Virus record (IMG/VR): IMGVR_UViG_3300037264_004862
Span: 58,825 to 122,824 of that record
Origin: a virus
Length of the DNA: 64,000 nt
Reading direction: 5' to 3' (one strand)
The notes under the pieces were generated by a model that was not told where the DNA came from, ran no database searches, and worked only from the letters and a program-made list of their open reading frames with translations. Position 1 is the stretch's first letter. Each line of letters opens with the position of its first letter. Below are positions 1 to 8,996 of this stretch, in pieces. The position numbers were made by a program, and so were the translations under genes.

Positions 1-192
1 ATCAGTTTTAGGGATGGCTGTAAATTCTCTTATAATTGGATCGATTGAATCATGAGCAACGATAAAATTATCTGCCGTAGGTGGATTAAATGAATAGAAA
101 CGTGATCTACCAAATGGTATCAGCTGCCAGTTCTCACCTAATATAGATTTAGCTAGGAGGCCAGTTATTCCACTACCTAATATGAAGTTCAC
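1..192 (-). CDS. FAD/NAD-binding oxidoreductase-like protein, N-terminal part (runs off left edge)
   Basis: Not in ORF track. GTG at 192 overlaps the stop of 189..587 (GTGA). It translates MNFILGSGITGLLAKSILG..., a Rossmann GxGxxG motif, and is open to position 1. Confidence 0.6.
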   Translation of the reverse strand, partial: MNFILGSGITGLLAKSILGENWQLIPFGRSRFYSFNPPTADNFIVAHDSIDPIIREFTAIPKTD

Positions 193-587
193 AGAATGTA
201 GTTATCAGTTGAGATCCGACCCTCTGCAATTGGATCCACAAATGGGCCAGTACCTTCAATTGAAGCAGGTGCTTTTAGGTGCAAAATAATCTCGGGCGGA
301 GCGGCCATTTCTTGTTCGATAGTCTGAACTTGTGGCATTGATGCAGGTGTACAAGACTTGCACTCTGGGCACTTTAAATCGACACCATCATATAAATCTG
401 CAGGGCTAAATTTAATCAATTGAGCACAATGAGGACAAGTCGTCATATATTTAGATGGTTTGGCTGGATCTCCAGACGAATCACGACCAAAAGAGTCAAT
501 AGGAACCTTTTCCCACTCGATTGGACGCGCTTGAACCGACTCTTCTTTAATGATTATAGTTATAAGATCGAAAGTAACATTACTCAT
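189..587 (-). CDS. hypothetical zinc-ribbon protein
   Basis: CPHC...CPEC pair; overlapping start/stop coupling with neighbours. Confidence 0.6.
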   Translation of the reverse strand: MSNVTFDLITIIIKEESVQARPIEWEKVPIDSFGRDSSGDPAKPSKYMTTCPHCAQLIKFSPADLYDGVDLKCPECKSCTPASMPQVQTIEQEMAAPPEIILHLKAPASIEGTGPFVDPIAEGRISTDNYIL

Positions 588-1024
588 GACCAGTCTCCTT
601 TACTCTTTGCGGCTTTTCTGGTTTCCATTGCCATATTTGCAAATTGGCCGAAACAAGTATCGTCTGCATTAAAATCCATATAATTACGGGAAACCTTGGG
701 CTTCTCTACATTACGGTCAACATCCACTCTATGTATCAACATCCTATGATAATTAAACTTGCCCCTTAGGACTGCAGTACAGAAATCACATTTGATAGTA
801 TTTGGCGATATAGCCTTAGCTATGTTTTGTTTAACCTTATCTTCAGCATTAGTATAGCATTTTTCACAAACATCGACATCAAGGTCTTTAGCACCCTGAA
901 CAACTCGCAAAACCGCAGAGTCAACCGAAACAATACTAGATTCAAATGAATAATAAATGAATTGGTCCTTGTAGGTCGTTCCACAAATATCACAACAAAT
1001 ACCGTCTTTAGTCTTTAATAGCAT
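584..1024 (-). CDS. hypothetical protein with duplicated Cys-containing (Zn) domain
   Basis: CDICG..Y...DVCEKC and CDFC..Y...DDTC halves resemble each other; coupled to dnaE-C stop. Confidence 0.6.
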   Translation of the reverse strand: MLLKTKDGICCDICGTTYKDQFIYYSFESSIVSVDSAVLRVVQGAKDLDVDVCEKCYTNAEDKVKQNIAKAISPNTIKCDFCTAVLRGKFNYHRMLIHRVDVDRNVEKPKVSRNYMDFNADDTCFGQFANMAMETRKAAKSKGDWS

Positions 1025-3438
1025 TATGCATTCGACCTATCCAACGGAATCACAATGCTTCCATTTTTAAGATTGAAACTTTTAAATTTTTCTTTCCAGA
1101 CTACCCTCATACGTACACCATGCCCTTCTTTGAAGGCGTCCTCGCCATTAGATGCAAGGTCGTCGCGCCAGACCATCACTCTAACATTTTCAACGCCGTC
1201 TGTGACAATAAGCTCACCGAATTCGGTGTTTTTACGTCTTAACGAAAATTTATCGATATAAACTTCTAAAATGCCAGATTTTTTAGCCGAGGCTATAGAA
1301 GCTTCAGTATCATGTACATATAAATCCATCGGAGAATGACAAGTATAACCAAGATAAGCTCGTTCAAAAGTCAATAGTTCTTCTAAGTTGAAATCATCAG
1401 ATATTGCCATAACTTGGTCACGCGTAAGCTGCAAATTTTTAGCGATTTCCCAAGTAGCTTCATCATAGCTATCTGGAAGTTTGAGTTCTGCTTTTGGCCA
1501 TGGCGTTTTTGGCGTCCATTTTGCAATTTTAGGCGGCAATACTTTACGTTTGGGGTATTGTGTATAAAATTCTTTAGCTTGACGCTGCCGTTCGGTTTCA
1601 ATGGCCGTTAACGGCCAAGCATACGTACATTTAATAAGTTTTCTTATTTGTTTGCTGTCTTCATCGGTGCCATACTCATATTGATACCAAAGCCATGTAG
1701 CTTTACGATTTTTGTGTTGCTTATCGAATGCGCCTAGTTTAATTAGGCGCTCACATACAGTTTTACCTTTACCATTTTTAACAATAAAGTCGTCAATGTC
1801 AGTGTAAATACTACGGTTGGCTGCCATTGTTTCAGCCATCTTCCCATCCATGTTCTTAATGCTCGTTAGACCTGGAGTAACAACTTCTTCGTTCACTGAG
1901 AACTTAAGAGTAAGCTTATCACAATCAATAGATCCGAATTTGACACCTTCAGCGCGCGCATTACCCATATACTTGGCTAGCTTCATGCTGTCACAATCAG
2001 ACATAACCGCTGCCCACCACTCAGCTGGATAATAAGCTTTTAAATATAAGCATCGTTGTGCTATAATGATGTAAGCAGTAGCGTGGGATTTATTAAAGGC
2101 ATATCGGCCGAATGTTTCCATTTTATCCCACCATTCAGCCGCTTTTTCTTTGCCAAGAGTATTACATGCGCCTGCAAGCCACTTTTCTTTAACTGCCGGA
2201 AGTTTTTCTTTAATTTTCTTAGCGACGGCTTTTCTTGCCGCTTCAGCCTCTGGTACAGTAAATCCTCCTAAACCACGCCAAATATCAGCTAATTGCTCCT
2301 GGTATACAACTACGCCAAAAGTACTTTTCAGCTTTTCTTTAATAGTTGGATCCTCACCATTTTCCCATTCCTCCTCACCATCACGTCTCTTAACGTAGGT
2401 CTCAATCATCGGCATAGGGCCCGGACGGCCCAATGACGTATAGACAACCAAATCGTCAAAACTTTTAACGCCATTCATGAGAATACGTTTCGCTAGTTCC
2501 GTTTCGAACTGGAAGACGGTTTCTGTTCTTAATTGCCTAGCTAACTCTAATGCGCCTTGGTCATTAAGTAAGATTGGATTTTTATTACCATCAACATCAA
2601 TTTTCCAACCTGCGCGGTCCACTTCAGGATCAATATCAGTCCATTCAATAGTTACACCACGATTGGCTTTAATTAGTTCTAGACATGTTTTGATCCATAA
2701 CAACGTCCTCAATCCTAGAATATCGAATTTTACGAATCCCATCTTCGAGAGCTGTGATGAAATGCTTTCAGTCCAAGCACTGGTCCAGCGCCCGCTGCAT
2801 AAAGTCAAAGGTACATGATCCTTAATTGGCACATTTGATATAATAATACCACCCGCGTGGCGACCTTGTGCCTTGATACCACCTACCATTCGGTAAGCCA
2901 TATCAACTATCTCTTTATGTTCAATGGCGTACTTATGGAATTCCTGATAGTCTTTAATAGCATCTGTTAATTTTAAGTCGTCAAATTCGTCTGGCAAAAT
3001 TTTAGTGAGGGCCATAATGGCGTCGAGGTCGCCCCCGAGGGCACGTACTGTGTCTTGTAAGGCCAATTTTGGTTTATAGGTCTGCCACAACCCTACGCTG
3101 CAGACCTTATCGTGACCATAAACACTTGCGGCATATGTCTCAACTTTTTCTCGAGTACCAGGCAAAAGATCAATGTCAACATCCGGAAAGTCAGTCTCAT
3201 ACTTGATATTATGTGGAATGTTTTCTTTAATTGGGTCGATAGAAGTGATACCCAATAGGTAAGGCAAAACCATACCATTCTTATTATGATTATATTTATT
3301 TTTTGAGAAACTAAGCCACTTGTCCTCAGCGCCTTGTTTTTCAATTTCTGAGAATTCGAATTTTAGGCGATCATGATAGACTTTAGATAATGGCTTACAT
3401 TTAGTTTCAGCTTCAATTTTAAGCTCTGTCCAAGTCAT
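1024..3438 (-). CDS. dnaE: DNA polymerase III alpha subunit, C-terminal piece (palm catalytic Asp, fingers, HhH, OB)
   Basis: DFPDVDID, GRHAGGIII, KFDILGL, VFQFE, RPGP, YQEQ, YAFNKSHATAY, KAYYPAEW motifs; no PHP domain. Confidence 0.93.
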   Translation of the reverse strand: MTWTELKIEAETKCKPLSKVYHDRLKFEFSEIEKQGAEDKWLSFSKNKYNHNKNGMVLPYLLGITSIDPIKENIPHNIKYETDFPDVDIDLLPGTREKVETYAASVYGHDKVCSVGLWQTYKPKLALQDTVRALGGDLDAIMALTKILPDEFDDLKLTDAIKDYQEFHKYAIEHKEIVDMAYRMVGGIKAQGRHAGGIIISNVPIKDHVPLTLCSGRWTSAWTESISSQLSKMGFVKFDILGLRTLLWIKTCLELIKANRGVTIEWTDIDPEVDRAGWKIDVDGNKNPILLNDQGALELARQLRTETVFQFETELAKRILMNGVKSFDDLVVYTSLGRPGPMPMIETYVKRRDGEEEWENGEDPTIKEKLKSTFGVVVYQEQLADIWRGLGGFTVPEAEAARKAVAKKIKEKLPAVKEKWLAGACNTLGKEKAAEWWDKMETFGRYAFNKSHATAYIIIAQRCLYLKAYYPAEWWAAVMSDCDSMKLAKYMGNARAEGVKFGSIDCDKLTLKFSVNEEVVTPGLTSIKNMDGKMAETMAANRSIYTDIDDFIVKNGKGKTVCERLIKLGAFDKQHKNRKATWLWYQYEYGTDEDSKQIRKLIKCTYAWPLTAIETERQRQAKEFYTQYPKRKVLPPKIAKWTPKTPWPKAELKLPDSYDEATWEIAKNLQLTRDQVMAISDDFNLEELLTFERAYLGYTCHSPMDLYVHDTEASIASAKKSGILEVYIDKFSLRRKNTEFGELIVTDGVENVRVMVWRDDLASNGEDAFKEGHGVRMRVVWKEKFKSFNLKNGSIVIPLDRSNA

Positions 3439-3824
3439 TTAGCCTCTGCTTTTACCATTTCCTGTAATGCTTTCATTGTAGTTGCTTTGCCAATCGTAAC
3501 TTTCAGATTTGTAAATGGATCGGCGGCCTTCCGTGTACGCTCTACTAAATCGATATTACGCTCAGCTTTGGCTTTATAGTTACCTTTCTCATTCTTCTCC
3601 ATAAGCCGAGGAACATAAGAATTACAAGATTCTAATTCTATTTCTGGCTTGTTATCTTTAATGGCCTTTAAAGCATATTCTAATGCATAAAGCTCAGCTA
3701 GATTAGTGGTAGCCTTATTTAGTTTAATTGTTTTGATATATTCTTGGTCGCCACTCTTTAACCATATACCAAAGGCAGCCTTATCTTTAGAGGCATAACC
3801 ATAAAACTGTCCTGTGATCTTCAT
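3435..3824 (-). CDS. RNase HI-like protein, probably catalytically degenerate
   Basis: AAFGIW..., TTNLAELYALEYAL, CNSYV, RNIDLV match the RNase HI pattern. The first Asp (TDG) and the DS Asp are replaced. Confidence 0.6.
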   Translation of the reverse strand: MKITGQFYGYASKDKAAFGIWLKSGDQEYIKTIKLNKATTNLAELYALEYALKAIKDNKPEIELESCNSYVPRLMEKNEKGNYKAKAERNIDLVERTRKAADPFTNLKVTIGKATTMKALQEMVKAEAK

Positions 3825-4249
3825 TTTCTTTCCTTTTCCTTTACTTCTTTAAGCACTGCCATGCATTTACTAACATAATCAAGTGCCCATTGTTTGTAAG
3901 CAAATACTTCGTTTGGAGCTGGTGTAACTACTGGTAGTACTACATTTAGCTGTTTCGCATATGCCTGTATAGCTTCCTGCATTCCACGCAATGGTACAGT
4001 AATTAACCTTACCAAATCGTCGGCCATTAAAGCTTTCACATTAACTGGGGTATTTTCATCGAGATTTTCTACGGCAAGCTTAGCTACGTCTATCCATTTG
4101 AAATAATATTTTGTCAATGCAATATCAGTCTGGTCATTAGACGGAAGATTGCCTACCCATAGAGATGACATAGCAGTTACTTGGGCAGCTTCGGCCAATA
4201 ACGTCATCAGCATCTCTTTGTTAATTTCTTGCTGCTGTTGGTTTTCCAT
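3821..4249 (-). CDS. hypothetical helical protein
   Basis: GAGG SD upstream; in operon between the dnaE halves. Confidence 0.6.
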   Translation of the reverse strand: MENQQQQEINKEMLMTLLAEAAQVTAMSSLWVGNLPSNDQTDIALTKYYFKWIDVAKLAVENLDENTPVNVKALMADDLVRLITVPLRGMQEAIQAYAKQLNVVLPVVTPAPNEVFAYKQWALDYVSKCMAVLKEVKEKERK

Positions 4250-4255
4250 AATTCC

Positions 4256-5698
4256 TCACATATCAACCTTCAACATGAATCCACCTCGACTTGGTGACAA
4301 AAAGCGGTCGAAACTCAAACCCCATTTCAGTGGATCCATATCATGTATGCCCAGAAGGTAACATACTAAGCTACCTCCAGCCGACCCTCGCGCAGGACCA
4401 ACATCCCAACTGTTATCTCTGGCGTGTTGAACAAGATTACGGGTGATCAAGAAGTATGATGAGAATTTCTTCTCAATAATCCTACTAAGCTCTATGCGTA
4501 TTTGCTCTTTATAGGTTACCATTTTACTATCAATTAAATAACGATTTTCACACTTATGAAGCCCTTTATGTATGAGAGATTGGGCTACAAGTTTTTGGAT
4601 CATCTCATCGGCGCCTTGAATTTCTGGAAGCTTAGGTGATAGATCAGGCGCAAAAGCTGAACACTTTTCTGAAATGGCCATCGTATTATCACAGACTCGC
4701 TCGAACCAGTTTATGTTGTCGTATTTATCATATCCCTGTTCAACATAAATCTGCCTAAACTGAGCTCGATTCTTGAAAAACCCTTCATCAGAATCAACAT
4801 GGAACAAATTCGGATCAGTAACCAAAGTATTCTGTTCAACTGCCATCATTGTCTTTTGTAGTTCAAAATCACGGCGATGAAGGTAATGCAAATCGCCTGT
4901 CATTACCGCTGGAATTTCAAGCTTTTTAGATATATCAGACATCTGATAGAAGACCTCTCGAGCGCCTTCGATTGATTCTCCTGGAATTTGAAGTTCAATA
5001 TAGAAATCATCACCAAAGACATCACGCATTTTCTTAGTATAATCAATTGCTTTCCGGTAATAGTTTATCGTGCCAATTTTATTGTTCTTAGCTTTTTCTT
5101 TATGGGCAAGACGGAGCTCATGACAAATTGGACCATTCAAACATCCCGACAATACTATCAAACCTTCACGGTACTTGATTAACTGTTCCATCCAAGTACG
5201 TGGCTTATTGTAGTACAATCCCATCTCGTATGCTTCATGCATTAGAGCAATAAGATTACGGTAACCCGTCATGTTCTTACAAATGACTGTAAGATGTCTA
5301 TTTCTTCTGTACCTGTCCACGAATTCAGGATCAGTAACCTTGAGAGTAGCAAGACTAATATCTTTTGCTTGCCATTCTTGCATCTTTTGGTGATAGTCAT
5401 TGAAGTAAATTTCACAGGCTCCAATAAACTTTATATTGTGTTCTTGGGCCGCCCAATATGCATCTGGTAGGCCTGCGAGACTTCCATGATCACTTAATGC
5501 AAATGACTTCATGCCCAACTGTTTGGCTCTTATAATATATTGTTCTGGAGTTCCTACTCCGTCGAGAGTCGAATACAAACTATGAGCGTGAAGGTGACAA
5601 AAATCTGTAGGGCCAGCATATTTTACCTCAGCCTCCGCAGATTGCTCAAGCTCCTTTGTGACTTCTTTCTGCTGTTCTTCGCTTAATAGCTCACTCAT
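4256..5698 (-). CDS. dnaE: DNA polymerase III alpha subunit, N-terminal piece (PHP domain through GS motif)
   Basis: HLHAHSLYSTLDG, DHG, CEIY, HLT, SGCL, DLHY, GPARGSAGGSLVCYLLGI, FDRFLSPSR, then stop. Confidence 0.93.
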   Translation of the reverse strand: MSELLSEEQQKEVTKELEQSAEAEVKYAGPTDFCHLHAHSLYSTLDGVGTPEQYIIRAKQLGMKSFALSDHGSLAGLPDAYWAAQEHNIKFIGACEIYFNDYHQKMQEWQAKDISLATLKVTDPEFVDRYRRNRHLTVICKNMTGYRNLIALMHEAYEMGLYYNKPRTWMEQLIKYREGLIVLSGCLNGPICHELRLAHKEKAKNNKIGTINYYRKAIDYTKKMRDVFGDDFYIELQIPGESIEGAREVFYQMSDISKKLEIPAVMTGDLHYLHRRDFELQKTMMAVEQNTLVTDPNLFHVDSDEGFFKNRAQFRQIYVEQGYDKYDNINWFERVCDNTMAISEKCSAFAPDLSPKLPEIQGADEMIQKLVAQSLIHKGLHKCENRYLIDSKMVTYKEQIRIELSRIIEKKFSSYFLITRNLVQHARDNSWDVGPARGSAGGSLVCYLLGIHDMDPLKWGLSFDRFLSPSRGGFMLKVDM

Positions 5699-6014
5699 TT
5701 TTAGGGTCCGACATCATTTTAAGTACTTCTTCTAATGGTAATATAGCCGAACTATCGAAATTAATTTGTTTTGGGTTTTGTATAAAACTAAAAAACTGTT
5801 TCTTGTCTACTGGCTTCCAACATTTAACTTTACTATAATAATCGTCACTTGATTGTATTTGTACCCAAATTATCCCAAAGCGTTCTCTAAATTCATAAAC
5901 ATTACCAGTAGATGACATAAGGACGTGAAAACCTGCACCAAAAAAATTATAAAGAATATCATACTCACCAGGTTCTCTATAGAACATAACATATGGAGGC
6001 GGCATCTGCGGCAT
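5691..6014 (-). CDS. hypothetical protein
   Basis: ORF co-oriented with and overlapping the dnaE-N start. Confidence 0.5.
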   Translation of the reverse strand: MPQMPPPYVMFYREPGEYDILYNFFGAGFHVLMSSTGNVYEFRERFGIIWVQIQSSDDYYSKVKCWKPVDKKQFFSFIQNPKQINFDSSAILPLEEVLKMMSDPKNE

Positions 6015-6039
6015 TTATACCTGTTTGATTATAATTTAC

Positions 6040-6594
6040 TTAAGGCTTTGGAGGTGAATTCTCAGGTTTCGCCATACGTTTCAAGACTTCAGCTTTATTA
6101 AGCTTAGTGCCTAAAAATACAATTTGTTCACTATTGGCGAAAGCTAAGAATTCTTCACGATCATAGGCTGCCCAACTATTCAGAGTTTCTTGGAGCCAAA
6201 CCATATTAAGCTTGTCCATGAATGGCACAAAGCGCGCTCCACCATCAGTTTCATCAAGAATTACTAATGCATGAACCTCGGGACCAAAAAAATCACCCAG
6301 AATATCAGCTTTCTCTTTGCCTTTAGTGATTGTGGTTGTAACATTAAAAGTATTAGTAGTATTAAAATAAGTGCTGCCCGAAGCACCATAAGGAGGACAA
6401 GTCATAATGTTACAATTACAACCTCCCCAGCCCATTCCACCACATATACCGCAATTATTCCCACTACCCATATTGTTTGTGTTATCTGAAACCCATGATT
6501 TCACATTACTCAATTGAGATGCGGTAAATTTATAATTTATAGCACCCAACATTGGCTTCGAATAAGGGTCGCCACAAGCATTATCTGAAGGCAT
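6040..6594 (-). CDS. hypothetical protein with Gly/Cys/Asn-rich N-terminal segment
   Basis: ORF with AGAGG SD; co-oriented in block. Confidence 0.55.
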   Translation of the reverse strand: MPSDNACGDPYSKPMLGAINYKFTASQLSNVKSWVSDNTNNMGSGNNCGICGGMGWGGCNCNIMTCPPYGASGSTYFNTTNTFNVTTTITKGKEKADILGDFFGPEVHALVILDETDGGARFVPFMDKLNMVWLQETLNSWAAYDREEFLAFANSEQIVFLGTKLNKAEVLKRMAKPENSPPKP

Positions 6595-6634
6595 AATAAA
6601 ACCTCTTTCTATTAATTATATACTATGTAAAACT

Positions 6635-7093
6635 TTAGAAGGAACCGTAATCTGTTTCTGGATCAAGATCAGAAATGCCATACTGGTCTTTAGTAGCGTC
6701 GATACCTTCCCATTCAGATGCCCCTAATGCTTCTAGTACACCTGCTAGAACTGGTTTCATATTAGGCGGTACATTTATCTCTTGTTGAGTTTTTTGAGCT
6801 AAACCTAAAGTCCATCGATTAAGCACTTCGCGTTCCACGACTGTAATTTCTAAAGCGTTTATCCAATCTTCTATTTCAGCTGGAGTTGCACTTTTTAGAT
6901 AATCTATGATCGGCCCATGATCTTTATTGACAGGGTGTTCAATAATATTAATGAAGGAATCAAGGCTTTCAGTTACTATACCAAAAGTCTTGGCCATTTT
7001 GTTTTCGAATATGGTATAGTCAGTTTTCTTAATTTGATCTTTAGGATTCAAAGAATCATCAATTCTCTTGAATAGATCGTCGAATGTATCCAC
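6635..7093 (-). CDS. hypothetical acidic protein
   Basis: ORF track; co-oriented in block. Confidence 0.55.
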   Translation of the reverse strand: MDTFDDLFKRIDDSLNPKDQIKKTDYTIFENKMAKTFGIVTESLDSFINIIEHPVNKDHGPIIDYLKSATPAEIEDWINALEITVVEREVLNRWTLGLAQKTQQEINVPPNMKPVLAGVLEALGASEWEGIDATKDQYGISDLDPETDYGSF

Positions 7094-7102
7094 GAAGTAT
7101 TT

Positions 7103-7477
7103 TTACTGACCATCGCTCTTACTACATTCAGAAAGCGTTACTCCTTTAAGAGTTTTGGCCTTCTTCATACAACATTCTTCTTCATCGTGCCCAACGACCG
7201 CGACGATAACACGCTCAGTTATCATAACATACTTTTCTGAGCCAACTGATATCTCATCGCCAGTATGGGCAGGAAGTTGAACAAGATCTCCTACCTGGAC
7301 TTCAGGTGGGATAGGAGCCCCATCAGAAAACAATCCACGGCCTACTGCCATTACTTTGGCTGTGCGAAATTTGTTCGAAGTTTTAGGCAAAAGTAGGCCA
7401 CTTGGGGTCGTTTCTTCAGTTTCAAAAACCTTAACGATAACGCGGTCACTTAATGGTTTAATTGGGAAAGTATTCAT
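7103..7477 (-). CDS. groES: co-chaperonin GroES (Cpn10)
   Basis: IKPLSDRVIV, ETTPSGLLLP mobile loop, VMAVGRG, VQVGDLV. Start revised to ATG 7477 after GAGGA SD. Confidence 0.9.
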   Translation of the reverse strand: MNTFPIKPLSDRVIVKVFETEETTPSGLLLPKTSNKFRTAKVMAVGRGLFSDGAPIPPEVQVGDLVQLPAHTGDEISVGSEKYVMITERVIVAVVGHDEEECCMKKAKTLKGVTLSECSKSDGQ

Positions 7478-7570
7478 TTTAGATTCCTCTATAATATTTA
7501 CAATTGGATAAGATTTGATTAAATGGCAACCGTATCCACACCAATCTTTTAATGTATGTGGACAGCTCAT

Positions 7571-7870
7571 TTAGTTCTTGTCAATGAATCGTTCTAGCAC
7601 GCGATAAATTTTATCATCGAGACTGTCGCGCAGTTTTTGAGGTACCATGAGATACCAACGCCCAATGATTTGGGCTTCCACTATAGAAATGAGGAATGAA
7701 TCATATGAATTTTTCTTTATCATTGTGCCTATAGCTTTATAGACCTTATTGCAAAATTTATTATCGATATCCGTGCGTTGAGGAGACTCTACAAACATAA
7801 ACCAGTCATGAACCGTTTCACATTCTTTAATATCTAATGGTAACTTCTTTGCCCTTGTTCGCATAGCCAT
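7571..7870 (-). CDS. hypothetical protein
   Basis: ORF track; co-oriented in block. Confidence 0.5.
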   Translation of the reverse strand: MAMRTRAKKLPLDIKECETVHDWFMFVESPQRTDIDNKFCNKVYKAIGTMIKKNSYDSFLISIVEAQIIGRWYLMVPQKLRDSLDDKIYRVLERFIDKN

Positions 7871-7943
7871 TAATTCCGTTGTTGATATATTTATATATAA
7901 ATCTACATTTGCTCGTTTTCAGTAATTATACAATGAGGATGCA

Positions 7944-8483
7944 TTAACATGCATGTTCAATGTCATATAATTTTTGGCGCCATGCATCAACTATTGGTTT
8001 TAAAGCAATCCGACATTGAGTTAAATCAGCAGCTATAAAAGGTTTAATATGAAAAAATTTCCAATTTTTATAGAATTCACGACTTAATATTAGTTCTTCT
8101 CTTTGTTTATCATCTTCTATTATATGTTCAGGCCCATCTATTTCAATAAATATTTTAAGCTTAGTAATAGCAAAGTCTGGTTGCCTAAACGTTTTCTCGA
8201 CGCCTACAACTTTCTCTCTTTCAAATCGAATTTTATACTGTATTAATAGATTGAAAACATTACTAACACCTTTGGGCCATCGTGTTTTGTTTTTTATTGC
8301 ATATTCATGATTTTCAAATTTACTATCCATTCTTTCTTGTCGTCGTCTAACTCTACCTTTTTGTTCTAATATTATTTTGGCTTCTTGTTGTTTTTTAAAT
8401 TTAATAATTTGCCACTTCTTCTTTATTGCCAATTCTTCCCCAATTTTCTTCCAGTATCCATCCATAGCTGTTAAATACACCAA
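7944..8483 (-). CDS. DUF559/Vsr-like PD-(D/E)XK endonuclease with basic N-terminus
   Basis: FEREKV...QPDFAI..LKIFIEIDGPEH...D..RE..I....WKFFHI pattern; start uncertain (TTG 8483 or ATG 8465). Confidence 0.75.
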   Translation of the reverse strand: MVYLTAMDGYWKKIGEELAIKKKWQIIKFKKQQEAKIILEQKGRVRRRQERMDSKFENHEYAIKNKTRWPKGVSNVFNLLIQYKIRFEREKVVGVEKTFRQPDFAITKLKIFIEIDGPEHIIEDDKQREELILSREFYKNWKFFHIKPFIAADLTQCRIALKPIVDAWRQKLYDIEHAC

Positions 8484-8487
8484 AAGC

Positions 8488-8930
8488 TTGTCCCCAGAAC
8501 CAGGTGGAGGGGAGAAATAGGTGCTTCAAACAACCTATTCTTGCTTCTTATTGCCGAATTGGGGGGACCCAACCGTCATTGGAAACGAATTTTGCTGACA
8601 GATTCCCGTTAGATGTGTCGTTTTTGTCGTATCCCCAGAACCAAGCAACAAAGCACCTACGACTGCATGAAGGAATTGTAGATCAGCGTCTCTATCCTTC
8701 ATGTGGAAGGGAGTGTATTCTCCGACATTCTCAAATTCATGAGAACAACGGGGTACTACACTCCCTTTAGGATGGCTCATGGTACAACCATCCAGACCAA
8801 CCCGGCACAGTGGCCTATAACCACTTTTACTAACTGGTATTGTTTGGTAAGCTATATCAATAATGGATTTTAACTTAAACTTCTTAATATTAAGGTACCC
8901 GGTGTTAATGGGACTAGCGCCCCCACCGTA
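8488..8930 (-). ncRNA. candidate large structured RNA of unknown family
   Basis: Multiple stems: GGATGG/CCATCC, AAGGGAGTGTA/TACACTCCCTT, CATGAAGGA/TCCTTCATG, GTCGTA/TACGAC, AATAGGT/ACCTATT. An 11-bp closing helix (8797-8807 with 8552-8562) pairs fully only on the minus strand via G-U. The region is GC-richer than its flanks. Confidence 0.6.
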
Positions 8931-8996
8931 CGGCACACAATGTTCAATATGAGTAGACATTATCCGTAATATGTACAGCAGCCAAATTTACTAGAG

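Noticed and set aside
3200-4400. Split intein joining the DnaE halves
   Set aside because: No Cys/Ser-initiated N-intein after the N-piece and no His-Asn/Cys junction in the C-piece leader, which is instead DnaE-like sequence
8488-8940. Group I/II intron, tmRNA or RNase P identity for the structured region
   Set aside because: No group II domain V, no RNase P GAGGAAAGUCC, no tRNA-like ends, and no interrupted gene flanking it
8535-8960. 141-aa minus-strand ORF and 88-aa plus-strand ORF 8504..8770
   Set aside because: Atypical composition and no SD. The region is better explained by dense base-pairing, so these are probably not protein-coding, though this is not excluded.
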